Positions 14,455-24,200 of a stretch of 64,000 bases of DNA are shown in pieces. Position 1 is the stretch's first letter. Each line of letters opens with the position of its first letter. Position numbers and translations under genes: made by a program. The stretch is taken from assembly GCA_050273025.1 (NCBI GenBank), contig CP158635.1, forward strand, positions 4,216,001-4,280,000. The letters are read 5' to 3'. This DNA comes from Cenococcum geophilum (taxonomy: Eukaryota). The notes under the pieces were generated by a model, which was given only the letters and a program-made list of their open reading frames with translations, did not search any database and was not told where the DNA came from.

Positions 14455-14610
14455 TAAAGCTAAGCAAAGGCGGAGCGCGTAAGACTAGCTGCTAGGTTAT
14501 ACCTAGGTTTTTCCCTTACTAGGGATTTTTCCTATAAATGGAAGGTAGAAGCCTATATAGACCTAGAAAAGGGACCGAATCGGGCAATAAATAGAGCTAA
14601 TAATAATAAT
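14455..14610 (+). mobile_element. Short 5'-truncated non-LTR (Tad1-like) 3' tail
   Basis: TTTTTCCTATAAA...GCCTATATAGACC...GGGACCGAATCGGGCAATAAAT...(TAA)n resembles the LINE 3' end at ~53185-53280. Left boundary approximate. Confidence 0.6.
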
Positions 14611-15341
14611 ATATTTATAAAATGTAGAAGTTTATTATCAATAAATTTAACTCTTATAATTATTTTAAGTCTATATATAAGGTTAGAACCTTAATAGTTA
14701 ATTTTAATAATTCTATTAAAGATTATATATAGCTCTTATATAAATTAAAATGACGCGTTTAATAAATCTACCGAAGTCCCTTAGACTATTTAATTAACTT
14801 TTTAATTAAAAGGTTAGCGATATCCGCTTGCGGATATACATTAATAAAGCCAAAGCAATTGGGGGTTGACATTGCAAGCAGGCCCTTAGTACCCTCCCAC
14901 TCACGAAGTACGGAAAATATAGGGACGGCCTTCTTACCGCCCTGCAGGGTGAATGAGGCAGGCCCGTTATAATCACCTACCGCGATAAGCAGTGACTAGT
15001 GGGGTTAGGGATAGGTAAGGCAAACGCGGGGTGATGTTTGGGTAGGGGCTTGCGCACTATGCAGATGTAAATAACTCAATTCACGTAATGTTCTAACTTG
15101 ACCAGGAAGGAACTAAACTTAACTAGGAGGGGATATCCGCGTTATTAATTGGGGGAGTGCCCTCATATCAATTAGAGGGGCGTCAATCTACCGCCACCCC
15201 ATCTATAAATGCTGCTGGCTGTATCTGTTCGTCATTTCGGGCTCTTAAAATCTATTACTACCGCAGGAGTTCAAAGCACACCAGAAACAACGCGAAGCCA
15301 AAAACCAAACACTCGTGCTCCTCAGGCTCAAACCATAAAAC

Positions 15342-18074
15342 ATGTGCCGTACCAAGCCCACCAACTCCTGCTGTCATGGCAATCACGTGAACCTGAGCGG
15401 TCACTTTTCTTTCCTTACAAATTGGCTCCACACGAGGAGTGGCTCAGGTGGATTGCACCACACTGGGAAAAATGATTCCACGGACAGTTGCTGCCATGAC
15501 CCAAGGGACAATTCGGATAAACAGGAAAAAGGGTCCAACCATTCCTTAGAAGAAACCGAGAATGTGACCTGTGTGAATCTTACGGCAGAAACGGAGCCTA
15601 TACCTGAAGCAGGTGATCTAGAAAGAGGCCTTCCAACCATCGAGCAGGTTATACTCAGTGTCGGAGGGATGACATGCAGCGGCTGCGAGCAGAAGCTGAT
15701 CAGAGCCTTAGATGAGATTCAATTCATCTCTGACTACAAGACGAGCCTAGTGCGGGCAAGAGCAGGATTCAATCTAGACGCGAGCCGCCTATCGGCTGAA
15801 GATGCGATATCCAAGCTGAAAAGATTGACAGGATATAGCTTTGAGAGGATCGAAGAAGAGGACGGCCAAATTTTGGAAGTGTTGGTTGATAATCCAGTAA
15901 CATTTTGCAACCGTCCAAGGCCACACGGCGTTAGGTCCCTTGAAACCGCTATTAAGGTCAACAGCAAAATGGTCCGTATTCAGTATGATGCTTCGCAAGT
16001 TGGCCCCCGTGATCTTCTTGAGCGAGGGTTTACAGAGCCGCTCGAACTGGCTCCGCACAGGGTCCACCCCGAAATTGCAGCAGGCGCAAGACAAAGTCGG
16101 AAGGCAGGAATCCTCTTCCTCTTTGCAATGACCTTAACCATGCCAGTACTAATATTTGCGTGGGCTCCAATTCCTGGTCCAAAATTGGTCTACAACTCCG
16201 TCTCTCTGGGACTCGCCACGATAATTCAACTAGTTGTAGCAAAAGAATTCTACCCTTCCACTTACACGGCTTTGTTTCGCTCGGGGCCCATGGAGATGGA
16301 TTTTCTCATCGCCCTAAGTTCCAGCACGGCATATATTTTCTCGGTCGTCGCATTCGCTTACATCGTCAATGGCCACCCCCTCTCCACAGGTTCTTTCTTT
16401 GAAACCAGTACACTTCTAGTAACGTTAATCCTCTTGGGTCGCTTCGTCAGTGAGTTGGCTCGACAGATAGCAGCCAGATCTGTGTCATTTAGATCAATAC
16501 AAGAACACAAAGCTCTTCTCATAATCGGAGATCGCGGAACCACAAAGGAAATCGATTCGTGCCTTCTTCAACGTGGTGATATTTTCAAAGTTCCCCCTCA
16601 TTCCAGAATTGTGACGGATGGAAAGGTGGTGCTCGGCGGGTCGGAGGTAGACGAGTCAATGGTGACTGGTGAACCAATACCGGTTGTAAAAGGATTGGGC
16701 CATACTGTGATTGCCGGCTCGTTAAATGGCAACGGAGAATTGCAAGTCGCCCTCACGGCTCTTCCATTTGAGAATTCTATAAGCAAAATTGCTAGCTTGG
16801 TCGAGGATGTAGAGCTTTCTAGGCCGCGAGTCCAAGCTCTCGCTGATCGTGTGGCCAGTTATTTTGTCCCGGCTATCATCGCGATCACTTTAATCGTCTT
16901 CGCAGTCTGGATTCTGATTGGCGTCTTTGTCCGCAGACAGAGTAGAGGGGAGGCGACGGTTCAAGCACTCACTTATGCTGTAGCAACTCTCATTGTCTCC
17001 TGTCCCTGTGCTATTGGTTTGGCGGTTCCTATGGTTGTGCTGATAGCTGGAGGTGTTTCAGCACAGCACGGGATAGTTTTCAGAGATCCTCAAAAGATCG
17101 AGACTGCGCGAAATGCGACGCATGTCGTCTTCGACAAAACCGGCACGCTTACTAAGGGCGAGATGTCAGTCGTTCATGCAGAGTATCAAGGAGATTCACA
17201 AGAGACCAAAGCCCTTCTACTTGGATTGGTCTCAGATATTAGCCACCCAGTGTCTATTGCTATTACGAAACATTTGAAGAAGGAGAGGGGCCTAGAGCCA
17301 GTGAAGTTGAGAGATATCACTTCTATACCTGGAAAAGGTGTAGAAGGGCGGTTTCAACAAAGGGTCATCCGAGCTGGCAATTCTGACTGGCTGCATGTCG
17401 AAAATCTCGAACCTGTAGAAGCTCAGCTTCAAACACAGCATAGCGTTTTTTGTGTTACCATTGATGGAAAGCTCCATGCGCTGTTTCGACTTCAGGACCC
17501 AGTTCGAGATGACGCGGCCGAGGTTGTCTCTCAGCTCATGTCTCGTGGAATTAGCGTCTCAATGATTAGTGGCGACGATGATGGCCCGGTTCAGAATATC
17601 GCGCATATCGTCAATATCCCTAGGAAGAAAACCAGGTCGCGTTGCACACCTGCCGCCAAACAGGACTACGTACACAAGATTCAGAAGCAAGGGGACGTGG
17701 TAATTTTCTGTGGTGATGGAACAAATGATGCCGTCGCCCTTACACAAGCTGACGTTGGTGTACATATGAGTCAAGGCTGCGATGTAGCACGAGGGGCCGC
17801 GGACGTCATCTTAACTTCATCTAAGCTCTATGGCATACCCATCATGATCGACATCTCTCGCGCTTCTTATCGCCGCATCATGTTTAACTTTGCCTGGGCC
17901 GCCCTCTACAATGTCGGTGCTGTGCTCTTGGCTGCTGGCGCCTTTGTCAATGTGCGAATTCCTCCTGCATTTGCCGGTTTGGGTGAGATTGTAAGCGTGC
18001 TCCCTGTGGTTCTCATAGCCTTTTGGCTCAAGTATAAGGACTTCACCGGGAAATTCAGGCCCAAACGAACTTAA
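15342..18074 (+). CDS. P1B-type heavy-metal-translocating ATPase, Pca1/PcaA-like (Cd/Cu efflux type), 910 aa, apparently intronless
   Basis: Long ORF without RIP damage. Motifs: HMA GMTCSGC, FFETS, actuator DESMVTGEP, TM CPC, phosphorylation DKTGT, N-domain SHP, GDGTND, TM YN. The last TM reads AGLGEIVSVLPV rather than the MxxSS of Ccc2/CopA, a form I associate with yeast Pca1-like pumps. The true start may lie upstream (see findings). Confidence 0.93.
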   Translation: MCRTKPTNSCCHGNHVNLSGHFSFLTNWLHTRSGSGGLHHTGKNDSTDSCCHDPRDNSDKQEKGSNHSLEETENVTCVNLTAETEPIPEAGDLERGLPTIEQVILSVGGMTCSGCEQKLIRALDEIQFISDYKTSLVRARAGFNLDASRLSAEDAISKLKRLTGYSFERIEEEDGQILEVLVDNPVTFCNRPRPHGVRSLETAIKVNSKMVRIQYDASQVGPRDLLERGFTEPLELAPHRVHPEIAAGARQSRKAGILFLFAMTLTMPVLIFAWAPIPGPKLVYNSVSLGLATIIQLVVAKEFYPSTYTALFRSGPMEMDFLIALSSSTAYIFSVVAFAYIVNGHPLSTGSFFETSTLLVTLILLGRFVSELARQIAARSVSFRSIQEHKALLIIGDRGTTKEIDSCLLQRGDIFKVPPHSRIVTDGKVVLGGSEVDESMVTGEPIPVVKGLGHTVIAGSLNGNGELQVALTALPFENSISKIASLVEDVELSRPRVQALADRVASYFVPAIIAITLIVFAVWILIGVFVRRQSRGEATVQALTYAVATLIVSCPCAIGLAVPMVVLIAGGVSAQHGIVFRDPQKIETARNATHVVFDKTGTLTKGEMSVVHAEYQGDSQETKALLLGLVSDISHPVSIAITKHLKKERGLEPVKLRDITSIPGKGVEGRFQQRVIRAGNSDWLHVENLEPVEAQLQTQHSVFCVTIDGKLHALFRLQDPVRDDAAEVVSQLMSRGISVSMISGDDDGPVQNIAHIVNIPRKKTRSRCTPAAKQDYVHKIQKQGDVVIFCGDGTNDAVALTQADVGVHMSQGCDVARGAADVILTSSKLYGIPIMIDISRASYRRIMFNFAWAALYNVGAVLLAAGAFVNVRIPPAFAGLGEIVSVLPVVLIAFWLKYKDFTGKFRPKRT

Positions 18075-18552
18075 TGGCACAATACTTGATAGTCTAGCAT
18101 CTGGATAGTAGATAGTATCGAGACCTAGATTAAATTAGGGCGGAAGCATGAAAGGACACATCTGAAGTTTACCTCTGGGCCTCTAATCGAGAATGATTAA
18201 GCTCTCAAGGGCTGCTCTTTGGCTTTTGTGAGATCTTCGAGACTGCATTGTATGACCAAACGTGCGGATCATGAGGTTTTGCTTATCTCGCTACCAGACA
18301 TCAATGTAGTAAGGCAAGATTGCGATAAAAATTGCGACAAAAATTGCGACAAACTCGACGAAAACTAACCGACGAGTTTTAGATAAAATGCGGCCGACTG
18401 CCCGTATCTATCACATATCGGGAGGGGGTCATTTGGCGCGGTTACGACCCGGGTAAATACAGTCATGGGTCATAAGTCTCCGGTCGGAAGCGAGAACCCC
18501 ACCAAAATTTGGACACGCGTCTCCGACACGTCCAGAGAACACCACCCCTACC

Positions 18553-20041
18553 ATGTCACAACGTACTCCTTTATGCCCAATTTCTGGTAACGAGACTACC
18601 AGAAAGGAGCTTACACCCCTGCAACGCGCAGAAATTACAACTGCAGCTGCATGGGGTGTCAGTCGACGCGAGATCAAAAAGCACTATAACGTGCCAAAAT
18701 CCACCGTTCAGGACACTAGAAGTCTATCCCACCTCGTGCACGGCCCCACCTCGTGCACACCTTTTTTATTTCCTTAATAATAATTTAACGCCTTAATAGA
18801 ATTCTTTAAAATTTAAATATATTACACTTATAAATATAGAAAATAAGTAATTAAACTTTTTTTTAAAAAAAATTTAATAGTTATTAAGTTATTTAATTAT
18901 TTAGCCTTTTTAAATAATTAATAATAACTTAATAAACCTTTTTTTTTTTTAAAAAAAAAAATTTCTATATAAGTTTTTAAGGGTTTTAAATATAATATTT
19001 TAAATTTTTAAGTTATTTTATAGTGGTGTTAAAAAGTTCTAAAAACGGACTTTTTTTTAGTGGGGAATTTGGTGTAGCCGTGCACGAGGTGGGACCGTGC
19101 ACGAGGTGGGATAGACTTCTATCAGTAAGGCCTCCGAACGAACCAACCAACAGTCGGCTGCTCGATCTGGCCGGCCAAGACAGTATACTGCTCGTGACGA
19201 AAGATACCTGCTACGTGTCATACGCGAAAACCCTAAGTATACCTACCGGAAGCTCAAAGATCATACGAAGCTTAATTTTTTACGAAAAACCCTATGGCGG
19301 ATTCTCCACCGCAATGGTATTACCAATTGGCGGGCTAAGAAGCGTCCCTTTCTTACAAACGAGGTAGCAGCCAAAAGACTTGCGTTTGTAAAGAAGTATA
19401 TCCTTATAAAGGAGGAATGGGCTAAAATTATCTGGTCTGATGAGTGTTCTGTTAAGCGAGGATCCGGCAAAATTCGTAGCTGGGTATTTCGGCAACCACA
19501 CCAGAAGTGGGATAGGGAAATGATTGATATATACAAGAAAGGAAAGGATATATCTGTTATGGTCTGGGCTGCATTTAGTAACGCACTTGGAAGGTCTAGT
19601 CTCTATATTATAGACCGTGATCCTTAGTTAAAGAAGGGGGGGTACTCCGCTCGATCTTACCTTAAAGTACTTAAGGAAAACATACCTTGGTGTTAGGATT
19701 TTAGTCTTACATTTATGCAAGATAATGCACCAATCTATTATGTAAAGGTTATTAAGAAATACTTCCGCGATTTGGGTATAAGCCTACTTAAATAGCCGCC
19801 ATATAGCCCAGATCTTAACCCGAATGAACACCTCTGGTAGTACCTTAAAAAGCTCGTCTACCAGGTACGGCCTAACATTAAGACTCTTACGGGGGAGGAA
19901 GCAATACGAGAGGCTTTAGAAAGTGCATTAGAGCAAGCGTGGGAGCTAATTGATTAAAAGATATTTAATAGTGTATTAGATAGTATGCAGGAGCGCTACT
20001 AAGCTATAATTGCCGCAGATGGGTAGCATACGAAGTATTAG
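18553..20041 (+). pseudogene. Tc1 DD34E transposase, disrupted by a MITE and RIP stops
   Basis: Removing 18719-19121 restores the frame: MSQRTPL...VPKSTVQDTISKA...RSGRP...IIWSDECSV...VMVWAAF...FMQDNAP(34 aa)E, PPYSPDLNPNEHLW. In-frame TAG stops occur only in the 3' half. Confidence 0.9.
18719..19119. mobile_element. MITE (Tc1-mariner/pogo type), 401 bp
   Basis: ~40-bp TIR GAAGTCTATCCCACCTCGTGCACGG(C/T)CCCACCTCGTGCAC with an internal direct repeat; TA TSD (18717-18718, 19120-19121); extremely AT-rich core. Confidence 0.92.
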
Positions 20042-20369
20042 ATAATATTGCGACCGGCCAAAATTAAGCGATATATATATATATTGACTCTATAACTCTA
20101 TAAATCTATAAATATACGTGGTTCGTTGGTAATCAAAGCTTTAATGTCGTGATTTTGGTGAGGAAACCCCGCAGCCGGAGACTTATGGCCTAGTACTGTA
20201 CGAGGTTAGGGCCACCCCTGCTGATAACGCCCACGAACCCCGCACGAGGTCGCGCAGCGACCGCCCCCGAGTACCCCACACGCGATTTTGGGCGAAAAGG
20301 TATATAATTTAAGTTTAATTAGTACTTCTAGGCGGTCGCGTAATATTGCTTTAAATTTAAAATACTTAC

Positions 20370-20555
20370 ACTATAATAACTAAGACGCCTTAATATAGGA
20401 CTATACTTTAGTAACCGAGACGTCTTAATATAGGACTATACTATAGTTACTGCAGTCCTATATTAAGGCGTCTCGGTTACTATAGTATAGTCATATATTA
20501 AGGCGTCTTAGTTACTAATATAGTTGTACTTTAAGGCGTCTTAGTTACTATAGTA
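20370..20555. repeat. Fold-back array of a 35-bp unit (two forward copies, then about three inverted copies) downstream of the Crypton 2 ORF
   Basis: TAGTAACCGAGACG(C/T)CTTAATATAGGACTATACT-type units at 20374 and 20409; inverted copies at ~20455, ~20490 and ~20526. Confidence 0.8.
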
Positions 20556-21251
20556 AAATAACTATTTAGATATTCTTATAAAGCCAATCTAAAGAATACT
20601 AGTGTAAGATCTCGAAGAAACTTTAAGGAAGATTTAAAGGAATGATATAAATTCTATCTAAATCTAAGGTATATAGCTCTCGCTAAGAACAAGACGTTAT
20701 ATAAAGAAGAGAAAGGGAATAATAAGAGAATCGTATAATTAAATAGTTAGGGGCTTGGTGGTTAATGTATGCGTATATATACACGCGGTCTTTAATAAAC
20801 TTTAGTAAAATTCAATTAATCTAGCAGAATTTAGTTAAAGCGTTGGAATTTATCTATTAAGTGTTTTACTAAGACATTCCTACTATAACTAGGCTAGTCC
20901 CGTTATAGTACCCCCCTTTTAGCCAAAGGTCTAAATAATTTAATTTTAGTTAAGACTTATAACTTATTACATATCGTGTTTTCGCGTCAGGTAATGGTAT
21001 AGGGTTTTACCGGTTTTAATCGTTAAGTGGGCTAATTAGGATTTTCTATACTCGGTATAAAAAATTACTATTAGCTTAGTTAAGGCGGTAAGCTAAACTA
21101 ATATCTTTATAGTAGGTCTTAGCAAGGCAAATCTAACTAATTAGATAACTTTAACCGCTAGTTAAAGTTCCTTAATATTTTATATATTATATAACCGTGT
21201 TATAAACGCTATAATATATTTTAAGTTCTTATTATCATTTTATATATATTT

Positions 21252-24200
21252 TGTAACGGAACCTTATAGCAAGTACTATAATAGGCTCGTTAATGGGCTA
21301 GGTGTGTAGGTAATGTAAATTAAAGTTAACAATGTAATAATAACTGGTGGAGTAGTTGCCTAATAGATTAACTCTACTTATATTCTGAAAATCACTATAA
21401 GGAAGGAACTATTTAGGTAGGGACTAAGGGTCCTTAAATACACAACCGTACTCCTATAAAATCCTTTTTATACGTAATATACATATACTTTATCTACTCT
21501 ATTACGGATCCTATAAATCCTATAGATTATATAGATTACGTTATATAACCTTAGTTACCATTCCTTGTTATATAGCTCTATTAGCTTTATCCTAAACTAT
21601 GCTTATATTAACTAACTAGCTTCTTTTAACTCTTCCCTAAGTAGTCGTAATATTATACTTAAAGCGTCCGTAATACTATTTCCCTCTTTTTTATCTTTGT
21701 CCTTAAAGATTTCTAATATTTCTAAGTTATTTATTAGAGGTGTAATATCCGTCTAATTAATTTAGTTAATATTATTGCTTATTATACCTAAAGTAATTTC
21801 TTCTTCCTTAACTGCTTGTCGCATTCGTACTATTACTGCAATACTATCCCTTAGTAAGATTATGCCGTCTCTATATTCTCGCTATTTAAAAAAGGGGTTA
21901 GTTTATATTACGTTAGCGAACCTATCTTCATAACAACCGTTCTTTTATTTAGAGTACACTAAAGTAAATATTTATTTGTCCTATAATATTCACTCTATCT
22001 TTAATACTAAATATATATAACCTATTACTTTTAATAGTCGTCTAGTTCCTTAATTAATTTATCTTAGGGTTTTATATTTAATCTGCTGCTACGTGGCTAG
22101 ATAATAAACTATCTATTACTTTAGTAAAGTTATACCGTTCTTATAACGTAAAATAAGAGGCTACTAATACTTAGTAACAGGCTCTTAAGTCTCGTCTTAT
22201 GGCGTCTACTTAGTTAATCCGTCTTAAGAAGGTTTATAAGAAGGTCCGTTTTAAGGAGTAGAAACTTATAAAATAGGGTTTATAGGAACTTAGTGACAAA
22301 AGAATAGATTCTCTTTTAATAGAGAAGGAAATAGGTCTAAGTAATTCGGCAACTACTCTTCTTAGGTCCCCCTTAGGTAACTTATTCTTTAGCAATCCTT
22401 CTTTATTAATACTACCTAACCTAATTTCTTCTAATACTCCTATACCTTTCCTATAGCATTTTTTAGATTTTTTAGTAGCTTCTAGGTAGTCTTAGTATAG
22501 CCTATCCACTTAACTTTATACTATGTTTCGTCGTTAATATCCTTATAACTTATAATTTTTAAAACTTGCTATTTATTCTCTTCCTATCCTCTATATATGT
22601 CTACTTTATAGGCTAATAGCTTAATATTCCCGTATGCTGGCTCTAGTATTATAATATACTATATAAGGTAGATCTTTATTTTAGCTAGTAGGTTTAATTT
22701 AAACGTAATTAGTAAAATTCTTTATATAATTTTAAAAGGTCCTAGTCTAACGTAGTCTAACTTCTTACTTAGTCGTCAACTCTTAAAAATTTTATATAGT
22801 AGCCATACTTTATCTCCTTCCTTAAGATTTAGTCCCTTAGATCTCTTAGCATTATAGTACCTTTTTATCCTCCCTTATACTTTCTTAGCTGATTCTATAA
22901 GGTCTATATAAAGATTTATTAACGTCTTTATTCTTTCTTTCGCTATACTACTCGTTTTCTTTACTTATTATAGTAACAATAATATTCTTAGCTTATATTC
23001 GTAATTTGCCTTAAATAGTAATATACCTATGCCTTCCTATGGTGTTGCATTATATATAAACTATATAACTAGTAATAGCAATACCTAATTATTCTATACG
23101 TAATTAATATAATACCTTAAATACTATTCTAGTGTCTAATTTAATCTTTTTATTTAACCGTCTATCTGCGGATAATATACGGTAAAAGTTGCTACTTTAA
23201 CTCCTTATTCCGCTAAGAATACCTCCTAAAATACTACTATAAATCTTAAATCTCTATCCGATATGATTGTACTTAATACTCTATGTCTTATAAATACTTC
23301 TTTAACGTAGATTCTAGTAATATCTTCTGCTAATATTTCTTCTATGCATGCTATAAAGTATCCCCACTTTATAAGCTTATCTACTATTACTAAGATTACG
23401 TTATGGTCTTGTCCGGTAATAGGATCTCTTAATTTTAGTAACTTAATAATAAAGTCCTATAATATAACCTCCTATAGTTTCTCTGGTATTTTAATAGGTT
23501 ATAGCCCTCCATACGGCTTATGCCTTATTAGTTTATTCCTTTAGCAATCTAAATATTCTCTTATAACTTTTTACGCTAAGCCCTAGATTTTATTAATAAT
23601 GTACTTCTTCTAAAGTCTTAATACTAAGCCCGTAGCTCTATTATGTCCTTAAGTTAATCCCTTATAGAAGTCTTTTATAAATTACTCTGCTATACTTTTT
23701 AGGATATACCTCGCTTCTTAATTTTTATATATATCCATCTATAGATCTTCTAGTTATATTTCTAGAATCCTTTATACCTAAAAGCTCTTTAGTAACTTAT
23801 AAACTCTATCTAGTTCTTCTTAAGTTGCTATAATTTTTAGATAATTATATCTAATTAATCCGTCTATATCTTTTTGTAGTAAAGCCCCTAATAGCTTCTT
23901 ATCGTTTTATAGTTTAGCCTTTTAACTTAAAGCGTCTGCTCGCGTATTATCTGTACCTTTAGTATACTAAATTTTAAAATAGTATTCCGTAAGTATCTCT
24001 GCCTATCTAACCTATTTTTAGTTAAGTTCCTTTATTATTAGGAATTCTGTTAGGTTCTTATAGTCCGTTTTAACTATAAACAGTTTCTCTATACCTTATA
24101 AGAATACTCTCTATTTCTTTAATACTATAACTATACCTAATAACTCTTTGTTATAGATATCGTAGTTTAACTCTAGTAGTGTTATCTTTTAACTATAATA

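Larger units (their letters stand above)
18460..20198 (+). mobile_element. Tc1-like (DD34E, impala-type) DNA transposon
   Basis: TIR CAGTCATGGGTCATAAGTCTCCGG / CCGGAGACTTATGGCCTAGTACTG; TA TSD (18458-18459, 20199-20200). Confidence 0.92.

Noticed and set aside
15001..15010. GGGGTTAGGG telomere-like motif
   Set aside because: Single unit, no array.
15157..18080. Short ORFs overlapping the ATPase on both strands
   Set aside because: Shadow frames of a GC-balanced gene; only the 15157-15345 frame is kept, as a possible lost N-terminus.
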